A stretch of DNA of 64,000 nt from Gemmatimonadaceae bacterium. GTDB lineage: Bacteria > Gemmatimonadota > Gemmatimonadetes > Gemmatimonadales > Gemmatimonadaceae. The position numbers and the translations under genes are program-made. Shown in pieces: positions 46,137 through 58,169 of this stretch (its first letter is position 1; each line of letters opens with the position of its first letter). The stretch is taken from contig DASXKV010000041.1 of NCBI GenBank assembly GCA_036496605.1, positions 8,373-72,372 of the forward strand. Reading direction: 5' to 3'. The notes beneath the pieces were generated by a model. It saw only the letters and a program-made list of their open reading frames with translations, was not told the origin of the DNA and did not search any database.

Positions 46137-46955
46137 TTACTTCCCCTTCTTCTTGGTCGACTTCGACGCGGACTTCTTCGCCGCAGATTTCTTCGCGGCC
46201 GGACGTTTGGCGGCCTTCTTGGCCGCGCCGCGCGTCGCCGCCTTCTTCGCGCCTGCCTTCGAGGCTGCCTTGCGCGCGCTCGCCGCCTTCTTTGGACGCG
46301 GCGTCTCCTCTTCACCCTCAGCCGGCTCGAGCTGAGAGCCGAGCGCGCCCGACTCGATGAGCACGACGTCGGACCAGAGGATGTGATACGTCGAGACGTC
46401 GCCATAGGGCATCACGTGGACCAGCGGCAGGTTGCGGCCGCTGAGGAACACGTTCTCCTTCGCCCCTTCGGTGAGGATGAGCACCTTTCGATCGGCGACT
46501 CCGAGACGCGTGATGAGATCCACGAGCTGCTTCGTCTTCGGCGACTCGAACGCGAATCCGTCGACGACGAAGATCGCGTTCTCGCGAGCGCGGGCGTTGA
46601 ACGCGCTCTTGCGCGCCAACTGCCGCACCTGACGCGGCACGTACTGCGCGTAGCTGCGCGGAACCGGGCCGAACACCGTGCCGCCGCCGACCCACTGCGG
46701 CGCGCGAATCGAGCCCTGTCGCGCCCGACCAGTGCCCTTCTGCTTCCACGGTTTCTGATTGCCGCCCGATACGTATTTACGAATCTTCGTCGACGCGTTG
46801 CCCTGGCGTTGGTTGGCGAGATACGCCTTCACCGCCTGGTGCATCACCGGCATGTTCACGGTGCCGTCGAACAGCGCCCGTGGCAGCGTCACGCTCTCGC
46901 GCTCCGCACCTTGCGCCGTATATGCGGCTGCCTGGAATGTCGTGGTCTCAGCCAT
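46137..46955 (-). CDS. rplD: 50S ribosomal protein L4 with ~60-aa Lys/Ala-rich C-terminal tail
   Basis: Core [25 protein letters not shown]. 272 aa against a typical ~205. Confidence 0.93.
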   Translation of the reverse strand: MAETTTFQAAAYTAQGAERESVTLPRALFDGTVNMPVMHQAVKAYLANQRQGNASTKIRKYVSGGNQKPWKQKGTGRARQGSIRAPQWVGGGTVFGPVPRSYAQYVPRQVRQLARKSAFNARARENAIFVVDGFAFESPKTKQLVDLITRLGVADRKVLILTEGAKENVFLSGRNLPLVHVMPYGDVSTYHILWSDVVLIESGALGSQLEPAEGEEETPRPKKAASARKAASKAGAKKAATRGAAKKAAKRPAAKKSAAKKSASKSTKKKGK

Positions 46956-46967
46956 GCCTGTATTCCC

Positions 46968-47648
46968 TTACGCCTGCTTCTCGACGAGGACGATCCCGTT
47001 CGTTGGCCCCGCTACGGAGCCTCGGACGTAGATCAGGTTGCGCTCCGCGTCGATCTTCTCGACGCGCAGTCCGATTTGGGTGTGTCGCGCCGCGCCGTAG
47101 TGACCCGGCATTTTCTTGCCCTTGATGACGCGCGACGGATCCGTGCCCGGTCCGACCGAGCCGGGCTTCCGGTGCCGCGTGTTGCCGTGCGTGTTTGGTC
47201 CACCGTGGAAGCCGTGGCGCTTCACGACGCCCTGGAAACCGCGCCCCTTCGACGTGCCCATGACCTTCACGATCTCGCCGGCGGCGAATACGTCGACCTT
47301 CACGGAATCGCCGACGTTGTACGTCGGGATCTCGATCTTGGCGTTGCCTGGCTCGTCGAGGCGGAAGCTGCGCAGAACGCGCGGCGCGTAATCGAGTCCC
47401 GCTTTCTTCGCGTGGCCGATTTGCGCGCGTGGCGCGCGACGACCGCGGGGTGTGCGACCCTTGTCGCCTTCGCGCGCGCTCCGCTGCCGCTCGAAGCCGA
47501 GCTGCACGGCGGCGAAGCCAGCGGTCGCCTTGTCCGTCACGCCGAGCACCGGATTCGGCTCAGCGGAAATGACGGTGCATGGCACCTGTTCGCCGTTCTC
47601 GTTGAAGATCTGGGTCATGCCCAGTTTTCTACCGATTATGCCAATCAT
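46968..47648 (-). CDS. rplC: 50S ribosomal protein L3
   Basis: MIGIIGRKLGMTQIF…. Confidence 0.96.
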   Translation of the reverse strand: MIGIIGRKLGMTQIFNENGEQVPCTVISAEPNPVLGVTDKATAGFAAVQLGFERQRSAREGDKGRTPRGRRAPRAQIGHAKKAGLDYAPRVLRSFRLDEPGNAKIEIPTYNVGDSVKVDVFAAGEIVKVMGTSKGRGFQGVVKRHGFHGGPNTHGNTRHRKPGSVGPGTDPSRVIKGKKMPGHYGAARHTQIGLRVEKIDAERNLIYVRGSVAGPTNGIVLVEKQA

Positions 47649-47656
47649 GACTAAAA

Positions 47657-47742
47657 AGGGGCTAGGGGTTAGGGGTTAGGGTCTAGGAGAATTCGGACTT
47701 GGGTTTGATCCCTAGCCCCTACTCCCAGAGCCCCTACCCCCT
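47657..47742. repeat. CTAGGGGC-family hairpin between rplC and rpsJ
   Basis: ggggctaggggttaggggttagggtctagg … gggtttgatccctagcccctactcccagagcccctaccccc. Confidence 0.7.
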
Positions 47743-48050
47743 CACTCCACCTTGATTTCCACGTCCACGCCCGCCGGTAGATCCAGCTTCGTGAGGGCGT
47801 CGACCGTTTGCGCGCGCGAGTCGAGAATGTCGATCACGCGCTTGTGCGTCTTCAGCTCGAACTGCTCGCGGGATTTCTTGTCGACGTGTGGCGAGCGGAG
47901 CACCGTCCACCGCTGCGTCTTCGTCGGCAGCGGAATCGGACCGGAGACTTGCGCTCCCGTCTTTTCCGCCGTTCGCACGATGTCCGCCGATGCCTGATCG
48001 ATCACCGCGTGATCGAACGCCTTCAAGCGAATCCGGATTCTGCCAGCCAT
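47742..48050 (-). CDS. rpsJ: 30S ribosomal protein S10
   Basis: [19 protein letters not shown]…, 102 aa. The ORF-track N-terminus is translated repeat. Confidence 0.96.
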   Translation of the reverse strand: MAGRIRIRLKAFDHAVIDQASADIVRTAEKTGAQVSGPIPLPTKTQRWTVLRSPHVDKKSREQFELKTHKRVIDILDSRAQTVDALTKLDLPAGVDVEIKVE

Positions 48051-48067
48051 TTGTGTTTCCGAGAAAT

Positions 48068-48143
48068 GTGGTTGGTTGTTGGTGGTTGGTTGTTGGTGGT
48101 TGGTTGTTGGTGAAAGCACCAACCACCAACCACCAAGCACCCA

Positions 48144-48146
<3 letters not shown>
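48068..48146. repeat. GGTGGTTGG/CCAACCACC-family hairpin between rpsJ and tuf
   Basis: gtggttggttgttggtggttggttgttggtggttggttgTTGGTGaaagCACCAAccaccaaccaccaagcacccatcac. Confidence 0.75.
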
Positions 48147-49346
<1,200 letters not shown>

Positions 49347-49359
49347 TTTTCCGATACCC

Positions 49360-49448
49360 GGTTAGTTGGGGTCCTTCTTGGTGGTCGGTCGCTGGTCGTT
49401 GGTAGTTCGTGAATTTGGATTCACTAACCACCAATCACCAACCACCAA

Positions 49449-49452
<4 letters not shown>
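49360..49452. repeat. GGTGGTTGG/CCAACCACC-family hairpin between tuf and fusA
   Basis: ggttagttggggtccttcttggtggtcggtcgctggtcgttggtagttcGTGAATttggATTCACtaaccaccaatcaccaaccaccaatcac. Confidence 0.75.
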
Positions 49453-51545
<2,093 letters not shown>

Positions 51546-51557
51546 AATTCAAGAATT

Positions 51558-51605
51558 CCTAAACCCTAGACTCTAGCCCCCGTCCCAAGCCCCTCCCCCA
51601 TCCCA
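51558..51605. repeat. CTAGGGGC-family half element (C-rich arm) immediately upstream of fusA
   Basis: cctaaaccctagactctagcccccgtcccaagcccctccccc. Confidence 0.45.
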
Positions 51606-51608
51606 CCA

Positions 51609-51635
51609 GCAAAAACGCGGGTGGACCTGCGCCCC
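51609..51635 (-). terminator. Weak terminator-like element (short bulged GC stem + U5) inside the fusA upstream leader; possible attenuator
   Basis: Minus strand reads GGGGCGCAGGUCCACCCGCGUUUUUGC. The stem is only ~5-6 bp with a bulge. Confidence 0.3.
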
Positions 51636-51917
51636 GAAATGGGACCGGTGTCCATCCGCCACCGCCGGGTACACTCGCCACTGCAGCACGAGAGGGGACC
51701 CATGGCGCGCCCGACAACGTTCATCGGACGTTCGATTGTCCTGCGTTTGCTTTTCGGGAGCGTCGACACCGAGTGTCTCGACCGGCAGCGCCCCACTGCA
51801 TTGGGGCGCAGACCCTCGCTGCTAACGAGCGAGCCCATAAGAGCCGGCGCGCAGTTTCGCCGGACGGTTCGCTTCGGGTGCGATGCGCCATCAACGCGCA
51901 AAACCCGGAGCCCCTTG

Positions 51918-51945
51918 AATTTATTGAGGAGAGGTCACGTGTCAA
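51918..51945 (-). promoter_or_regulatory. Sigma70-like promoter pointing toward fusA (TTGACA-16 nt-TAAATT)
   Basis: Minus strand reads TTGACAcgtgacctctcctcaaTAAATT, ~370 nt upstream of the fusA ATG. Confidence 0.45.
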
Positions 51946-52079
51946 CTGACGCGACTAAGAAATCCTGAGGGGGCTCCTCGGTACTCTCCGGCACTTCAGT
52001 ACTGCCGAGGAGCGGACACCCATCCGTGAACTGTTCATCTCTCAACGCTGTCTCACGTGCGTCGATCCCTCGCGAGCCA

Positions 52080-54572
52080 ATGATGAGCACCAACTGGATG
52101 GATGTACTCTCGCAAGACGTCCGGTACGCCGTGCGTGGCCTCCGCGCCAAGCCCGGCTTTACCGTTGCCGTCGTCACCACGCTCGCGCTCGGCATCGGCG
52201 CCAATGCAGCCATTTTCTCGATCGTCGATCGACTGCTCTTCCGTCCGCCGCCGATGCTCGCCCATCCAGGGCTCACGCACCACGTGTACCTCACCACGAT
52301 GTACCGCGGCAAGGAGAATCAGCGCTCCTATATCCAGTACGCGACCTACGTCGATCTCACCAAGTGGACCACCTCCTTCGCCCATACCGCCGAGGAGCGC
52401 GAGGGCAAAGTCGCCGTCGGCATCGGCGACGAAGCACGCGAGATGAACGTCGGCGTCTCCAGCGCGAGCCTCTTCTCCTTCTTCGACACGCCGCCGGCTC
52501 TCGGTCGATACTTCACGCCGGCCGAGGATCTACCGCCTAACGGGACTGCCGTCGCCGTACTCGGCTATGGCTACTGGCAAGCTCGCTACGGCGGTCGCCC
52601 CGACGTCCTCGGCGAGAAAGTCCAGATCGGGCCGGTCCTCTACACCGTCGTCGGCGTCGCGCCGCGCGGGTTCGTCGGACTCTGGCCGAGTCAGCCACCC
52701 GTCGCTTTCATTCCGATCACGGCGTATGCCGGCGCCTCCGGCGTTCGACTCGACAAGGAGAACTGGTGGCAGAGTTACCACTGGAGCTTCGCCGAGATGA
52801 TCGCGCAGCGAAAGCCCGGCGTGTCGATCGAAGTCGCCAATGCGGATCTCTCGAATGCGTATCGACGGAGCTACGCGCTTCAAAAGGAGACGAGCCCGCA
52901 CCTAACGCCTGCGTCGCTCGCGAAGCCCCACGCCAGCGTCCAGTCGATCCTCAGCGAACGCGGACCCAACAAGACGAGCCTCGCCAAAGTCGCGACGCTC
53001 ATCGCCGGCATGGCGCTCGTCGTTCTCCTCATCGCCTGCGCGAACGTCGCCAACCTCCTCCTCGCCCGCGCATTGCGCCGCCGGCGCGAGATCGCCGTTC
53101 GGCGTGCGTTAGGCGTCGGACGAGCGCGCCTTCTGTCACAGCTGCTCACCGAGAGTATCCTTCTGGCGCTCATTGCCGGCGCGGCTGGTCTCCTCGTTGG
53201 CCAGGTGGGGACAGGGCTATTGCGCACGCTCTTCCTGCCCGAGGGCGCCGAGACGACCGTCGTCTCCGATACGCGAACGCTGATCGTTGCTGGTGCGGCA
53301 GTGGTTGTCGCCGGCATTCTCACCGGTCTGGCGCCGGCGTTTCAGGCGAGTCGCGTCCAACTCACCAATGACCTCAAGGCGGGTGCGCGCGAGGGCACGT
53401 ACCACCGATCGCGAACGCGTGTCGTGCTGCTCGTGCTGCAGGGCGCCCTCTCCGTCGTGCTTCTTGTCGGCGCCGGTCTGTTCGTTCGTAGTCTGCGCAA
53501 CGTGAAAGGCGTGCGTCTGGGCTACGACGTCGATCCGATTCTGCTCGTCAATCTCAACATGCGCGGCGTGGATCTCGACAGCGCGCACGCGATCGCGCTC
53601 CGCCAACAGCTGCTGGAGACGGCGAAAAGCCTACCCGGCGTCGAAAACGCGGCCCAGAACGTCACCATCCCGTTTTGGAGCACATGGAGCATGGATCTTC
53701 ACGTTGCCGGTATCGACTCCGTGGACCGGTTAGGCGAGTTCGATCTCAACAGCGTGACGCCCGAATACTTCGCGACGCTCGGGACGCGCATCATCCGCGG
53801 GCGAGCGATTCAGTCGCAGGACGTCGCCGGAGCGCCCCGCGCCATGGTCGTGAGCGACGCGATGGGTCGCGTGCTGTGGCCGGGTAAGGACCCGATTGGC
53901 CAGTGCGTTCGCATCTCTGCCGACACGATGCCGTGCACGTATGTCGTCGGCATCGCCGAAAACATCAAGAGCGGCAGTCTCAGCGACGAGCCAAGCTACT
54001 TCTATTATCTCTCCGCGGCTCAGTTCAATCCCAACCGAACGGGATTGTTCATACGAACCCACGGAGAAGCGGCTCTGCAAGCCGACGCGATTCGCCGCCA
54101 GCTCCAACGTGTTATGCCGTCGCCGGCGTACGTCACGGTGACTCCCTTCGGCGACATCATTGGCCAACAGATGCGTTCGTGGAAGCTCGGCGCGACGATG
54201 TTCGTCGTCTTCGGCATGCTCGCGCTCGTGCTGGCTGCGGTCGGACTGTACAGCGTGATCGCCTATAATGTCGTGCAGCGGACGCACGAGATGGGCGTGC
54301 GCATCGCGTTAGGCGCGCAGCTCGGCGACGTCGTCCGCCTCGTCGTCGGCCAGGGCGTGCGACACGGCGTTGCCGGTATTCTCATCGGCGGCGCGATCGC
54401 CGTCGGCGCGGCGCGATGGGTGAAGCCGCTGCTGTTCGACGAATCGCCACGCGACCCGCTGATCTATGCGATCGTCGGCGTGGTGCTGCTTGCCGTCGCG
54501 ATCGCGGCGAGCTTGATCCCCGCCCGGCGCGCGGGGCGAGTCGATCCGAACGTGGCGCTCCGCAGCGAGTGA
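52080..54572 (+). CDS. ADOP-family duplicated permease (MacB-like, two FtsX domains, no cognate ATPase nearby)
   Basis: N-terminal DVRYAVRGLRAKPGFT, a periplasmic MacB_PCD-like region and FtsX-type 4-TM bundle present twice. Start set at the MM pair at 52080. Confidence 0.85.
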   Translation: MMSTNWMDVLSQDVRYAVRGLRAKPGFTVAVVTTLALGIGANAAIFSIVDRLLFRPPPMLAHPGLTHHVYLTTMYRGKENQRSYIQYATYVDLTKWTTSFAHTAEEREGKVAVGIGDEAREMNVGVSSASLFSFFDTPPALGRYFTPAEDLPPNGTAVAVLGYGYWQARYGGRPDVLGEKVQIGPVLYTVVGVAPRGFVGLWPSQPPVAFIPITAYAGASGVRLDKENWWQSYHWSFAEMIAQRKPGVSIEVANADLSNAYRRSYALQKETSPHLTPASLAKPHASVQSILSERGPNKTSLAKVATLIAGMALVVLLIACANVANLLLARALRRRREIAVRRALGVGRARLLSQLLTESILLALIAGAAGLLVGQVGTGLLRTLFLPEGAETTVVSDTRTLIVAGAAVVVAGILTGLAPAFQASRVQLTNDLKAGAREGTYHRSRTRVVLLVLQGALSVVLLVGAGLFVRSLRNVKGVRLGYDVDPILLVNLNMRGVDLDSAHAIALRQQLLETAKSLPGVENAAQNVTIPFWSTWSMDLHVAGIDSVDRLGEFDLNSVTPEYFATLGTRIIRGRAIQSQDVAGAPRAMVVSDAMGRVLWPGKDPIGQCVRISADTMPCTYVVGIAENIKSGSLSDEPSYFYYLSAAQFNPNRTGLFIRTHGEAALQADAIRRQLQRVMPSPAYVTVTPFGDIIGQQMRSWKLGATMFVVFGMLALVLAAVGLYSVIAYNVVQRTHEMGVRIALGAQLGDVVRLVVGQGVRHGVAGILIGGAIAVGAARWVKPLLFDESPRDPLIYAIVGVVLLAVAIAASLIPARRAGRVDPNVALRSE

Positions 54573-54599
54573 GCCAGCGCCTCGCGCCTGCGTACCTCG

Positions 54600-57053
54600 T
54601 CAGAATCTGATTCTCGTTAGGCGACCGTTGCGGTCGATCGAGTACATCGGACCGTGGATCACGTCGTCACCGTACGGTCGGCGATTCGGGTCCGCCTGTG
54701 TCTGCGCCTGGAGCGATAACGTCAGCTGGAACGGATCCGCTCCGGCCGCATTCACCGTGTAGCCGAGGTCCTCGAGCGAGCGCACTGTCAACACGCTGAG
54801 CGGGTTGCTGCCGCTGTTGAGGAAGCCGGTCATCAGCTCGTTGGCAAGCACGCTCTCGCGCCAGTGGCCGTTGATCGTGCCGGCACCGCCCTGGTTCTCC
54901 ACCGGAACCTTCAGACTACCGGTGTAGGTGATGCCGCCGATGAGATCGAAGCCAGCCAAACCGCCCGCTCCGATATAGTGCGTGTCGAGCGTCTGTCCAC
55001 CGGGCGTCGACGGGTTCACGAGGAGATGGAAGTTCTGCCAGAGCGTGCCGATACCGATGACGTGACCCATCTCGTGCAAGATCACCTCGTTGAGCTGCCC
55101 TCTCGCCAACAGTCCCGCCACATCGGCGTCGTCGAACCGCATCAGGCCGATGATTGGAAGTTGGTTCGAATTGCGGATGACGCACGGACCGGCGCTTCCC
55201 AGGACGCCATTCACGCCGTCGATCGGCTCGATGCGCGCGAAGATCAACAGATCGTCGATCGTCATGTTCACCGAGGGAGAGTTCACACTGCACGTCCCGG
55301 CGGGAATGGATACCGTGACGTCCGCGATGTCTCCGGTGATGAGTGAGCCCCAGCGAGCGGCCGCATCGAGGAACGCGGACCGCTGCGCGGGGCTCATTCT
55401 CGTAGCGAAGCAGATCGTGATCGCGTAGCCGGTGCCGCCGCCACCGGTGCAACCCACGGCGCCAAACATGATCGAGTTATTGGCGCTGCTGAAGCCAGGA
55501 CCGGACACCGTCGCGATGAGAGAGTCTGGATTGCCAATCGTGCTGAGCGTCCAGCTTCCGACCGTCGCAACGCCATTCGCATCCGTCGTGGCGGTGGCGC
55601 CGGCAACGGTCCCACTGCCATCGGTGGGGAGGAAGGTGACCGTCGCGTTAGGCATCGGCAAGCCGTTGCCGTCCCGCACCACCACCGACGGAGGGACCGG
55701 GACCGGAACGCCTGCCATTGCCGCTTGCGAATTCCCGGCATTGACGGCAATACTCGGACTGGAGACGGTGAACGAGACGTTGATGGTGGCCGACGCGGTT
55801 GCGGGAACGCTCGACGCAACCGTGACCGTAGCCACATAGGTACCAGCGCCGAGTGTAGCGGTCGTTGCCTGAAGTGTCAGCTGCGTCGGGGTAGTTGTCG
55901 CCGTGAGCGTCGCCGTGAGCCACCCCGTCGGCTGACCAGTCTGATACGCGATCGAGGTCGTTAGGCCGTTCAGTGTCGCGATGTCGATGCTGCTCACCGC
56001 AACCTGCTGCGAAGCTGGATCCGGCCCGTTCGCCGCCGCGGCGAAGTTGATCGCCGTTGTCGAGACGCCGACGAATTGCTTCGCGGTGACCGTGATCGAC
56101 GCCTTCGCGCTCCGCCCATTGCTCGTGGCGCTGACGTCGACGGGGCCGCCCGGCGCGACGGCCGTCACGAGGCCAGTGGACGACACGCTCGCAATCGCCG
56201 GATTGGCCGAGATCCACGTGATTGGTGCATCGGTCACCGGAGCATTCGCATCGTCCAGCGCCGTTGCGACGAGTTGCACCGTCTCCCCAATCTCGAGCGT
56301 CGCTCTATCAGTCGCGAGTGACACGCTCGAGATGGGCGAAGACAGCACTGCGTAGATACTGAGTCCCGTCAAGTCGGCATTCACGATTTTGGCCGCCGTG
56401 TCGACCGAGCTCCCGTCCACCAGCTGCCATGCCGTCCCCACGGCTTGCTGCATCCGCAGCAATTGCTCCGACGCGCCCGTCGGCAGCTGGCCCGGCGAAT
56501 ATTTCAGTCGGAGCTGAGCCACCGAAGCGAACTGCAGACCGGCCGGCTCCAGATCCACCGCCGACCCGCCGACGAGGCGCGCGGTCGTCGGCGTGTTGAT
56601 CGCCCGCTCGATCGTGATCATGACGTTCGAGGTGAGGGCCCCAGCGGGTATGATCAACGTCGCCGCGCCGCCGAGCGCCGTCACCGTGCCACCGCTCGCG
56701 CCGACGATCGCGCCTTCCTTCACGGCGACTTGCGTCGCCGCAGTGACGTTGTCGACGGTCGCCGTAATCGACACGACTCCGGTCGCAACCCCCTGAACCA
56801 GCCCAGCGGTGGACACCGTCGCGCGCGCGGCATTCGACGTCGCCCAGGTTACGGTACGGGAGAGGGGATTACCGTTGATGTCTTTCACCGACGCGGTGAG
56901 CTGCACCGTCGCCGCCGGAATCAGCGTCGCGGTGTCGCGCGAGAGCGTCACGGAGCCGACGGGCACCGGAGGCGTTGCCTCCTTACCACGACAGGCTGCG
57001 ATCACGAGCAATCCGAGGAATGCGACGAGACGGCGCATCCACGATTCTGTCAC
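54600..57053 (-). CDS. Lipoprotein with tandem bacterial Ig-like (Big_2) domains and a C-terminal leishmanolysin-like (M8-type) zinc protease domain
   Basis: Lipobox LLVIAAC. Repeated …VTLSRDTATL…QLTASV…TWATSN…ATVS…GLV-type Big_2 units. HEMGHVIG zinc motif in the C-terminal third. Confidence 0.7.
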   Translation of the reverse strand: MTESWMRRLVAFLGLLVIAACRGKEATPPVPVGSVTLSRDTATLIPAATVQLTASVKDINGNPLSRTVTWATSNAARATVSTAGLVQGVATGVVSITATVDNVTAATQVAVKEGAIVGASGGTVTALGGAATLIIPAGALTSNVMITIERAINTPTTARLVGGSAVDLEPAGLQFASVAQLRLKYSPGQLPTGASEQLLRMQQAVGTAWQLVDGSSVDTAAKIVNADLTGLSIYAVLSSPISSVSLATDRATLEIGETVQLVATALDDANAPVTDAPITWISANPAIASVSSTGLVTAVAPGGPVDVSATSNGRSAKASITVTAKQFVGVSTTAINFAAAANGPDPASQQVAVSSIDIATLNGLTTSIAYQTGQPTGWLTATLTATTTPTQLTLQATTATLGAGTYVATVTVASSVPATASATINVSFTVSSPSIAVNAGNSQAAMAGVPVPVPPSVVVRDGNGLPMPNATVTFLPTDGSGTVAGATATTDANGVATVGSWTLSTIGNPDSLIATVSGPGFSSANNSIMFGAVGCTGGGGTGYAITICFATRMSPAQRSAFLDAAARWGSLITGDIADVTVSIPAGTCSVNSPSVNMTIDDLLIFARIEPIDGVNGVLGSAGPCVIRNSNQLPIIGLMRFDDADVAGLLARGQLNEVILHEMGHVIGIGTLWQNFHLLVNPSTPGGQTLDTHYIGAGGLAGFDLIGGITYTGSLKVPVENQGGAGTINGHWRESVLANELMTGFLNSGSNPLSVLTVRSLEDLGYTVNAAGADPFQLTLSLQAQTQADPNRRPYGDDVIHGPMYSIDRNGRLTRIRF

Positions 57054-57126
57054 CGAACAGGCGGGTTCAGCAAGGCCGAAGTTGGAAACGCCCGCCCAAT
57101 CGTTATGTCATCGACCCACGGCCAAT

Positions 57127-57170
57127 CTTGCTTTGCTGAGCAAGGTACGATACCTTGGCCGCCAAGGTAC
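57127..57170 (+). promoter_or_regulatory. Cluster of inverted repeats upstream of padR (candidate PadR operator)
   Basis: CTTGCTttgctgAGCAAG overlapping AAGGTAcgaTACCTTGGccgCCAAGGTAC. AAGGTAC occurs twice, with its complement between the two copies. Confidence 0.4.
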
Positions 57171-57208
57171 ACCTCTCCTCGTTGCTACGCACCGGCACGC
57201 GCCAGATC

Positions 57209-57544
57209 ATGAATTACGACCGCGAGTTTCTCACCGGGACCGTCGGCGTCCTGATCCTCTCGCTCCTCAGTGAGCGCGCCATGTACGGCTACGAGATGCT
57301 GCAGGAAGCGGAGCGGCGCAGCGCGAGTCAGTTCCAGATGAAAGAAGGAACGCTCTACCCCGCGCTGCACCAGATGGAACGCGCCGGGTTTCTCAAGGCG
57401 ACGTGGCGCGAGAGCGACACCGGCCGCTCGCGAAAGTATTACGCGCTCACGGCAAAGGGCCGCCGCCACGCCGAGTCCAAGCGGCGTCAGTGGGAATCGA
57501 TATCCGCGGCGATGCGCGCCATCCTCGGAGCCCAACATGGATGA
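57209..57544 (+). CDS. PadR-family transcriptional regulator
   Basis: Winged-helix pattern ILSLLSERAMYGYEM…EGTLYPALHQMERAGFL…RKYYALT. Start at MNYDREF. Confidence 0.9.
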   Translation: MNYDREFLTGTVGVLILSLLSERAMYGYEMLQEAERRSASQFQMKEGTLYPALHQMERAGFLKATWRESDTGRSRKYYALTAKGRRHAESKRRQWESISAAMRAILGAQHG

Positions 57545-58169
57545 GCGAACACTCACCGAACTGATCGATCGCGTCGTGCGCGACGCGAAGCTTCCGGCCG
57601 CGCGCGCGCGTGACGAGTTGCGGCGCGAGCTGGAGAGTCACTTCGCGGACGCGGGCGGCTCGCCGGAGTCGCTGCGCGCCGCGATCGAACGCTTCGGCAG
57701 CCCCGAGCTCGTTGGCGGAGCGCTCGAGCGCGCGCATCGACATAATCGCGTGCTCTCCCATATCATCCGCATCCTGGCGGCGTCACTCGCGTCGGCGCTC
57801 CTCGCCCTCGTCATTCAGATCGTAGTGAATCTCCGCTTCGATGGCCCGGCGACCCTGGGACTCGCGCCGTCATTCGTGGCCTCCGCCGCGTTTTCGACCA
57901 TGCTCGTCGTTGCGCTCGTTGCCGCGTGGGAGCTCGACATCGACTCGTTATGCGCTCGCCTCGAGCGGCATCCGGTGCGTCTGCTCGGCACCGTCGCCGC
58001 GCTTGCCGCATCGATGGTGCTCTTTCATGCCACGCAGCACGGCTGGGTCCATCCGGCCAAGGCCCTGACCGAGAGCAGCATCGACGTCATCATCTGGACG
58101 TGCACGATCGCGATCCTCACGCGCGTCGATCGCGCTTTTGCGCGCGTCTTCACACCCGCCGAGCCATGA
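57537..58169 (+). CDS. Membrane protein, HAAS/DUF1700-like sensor partner of PadR
   Basis: N-terminal helical module (…LPAARARDELRRELESHF…FGSPELV…) followed by several TM helices. 8-nt overlap with padR and ATGA overlap with the permease. Confidence 0.55.
   Translation: MDERTLTELIDRVVRDAKLPAARARDELRRELESHFADAGGSPESLRAAIERFGSPELVGGALERAHRHNRVLSHIIRILAASLASALLALVIQIVVNLRFDGPATLGLAPSFVASAAFSTMLVVALVAAWELDIDSLCARLERHPVRLLGTVAALAASMVLFHATQHGWVHPAKALTESSIDVIIWTCTIAILTRVDRAFARVFTPAEP

Noticed and set aside
51566-51968. ORFs 51566..51901 (-), 51621..51968 (+) and 51721..51945 (-) in the fusA upstream region.
   Set aside because: They have Arg/Ser/Cys-rich sequences with no motifs, are mutually overlapping, and lack a plausible ribosome-binding context. 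The region looks like structured non-coding DNA.
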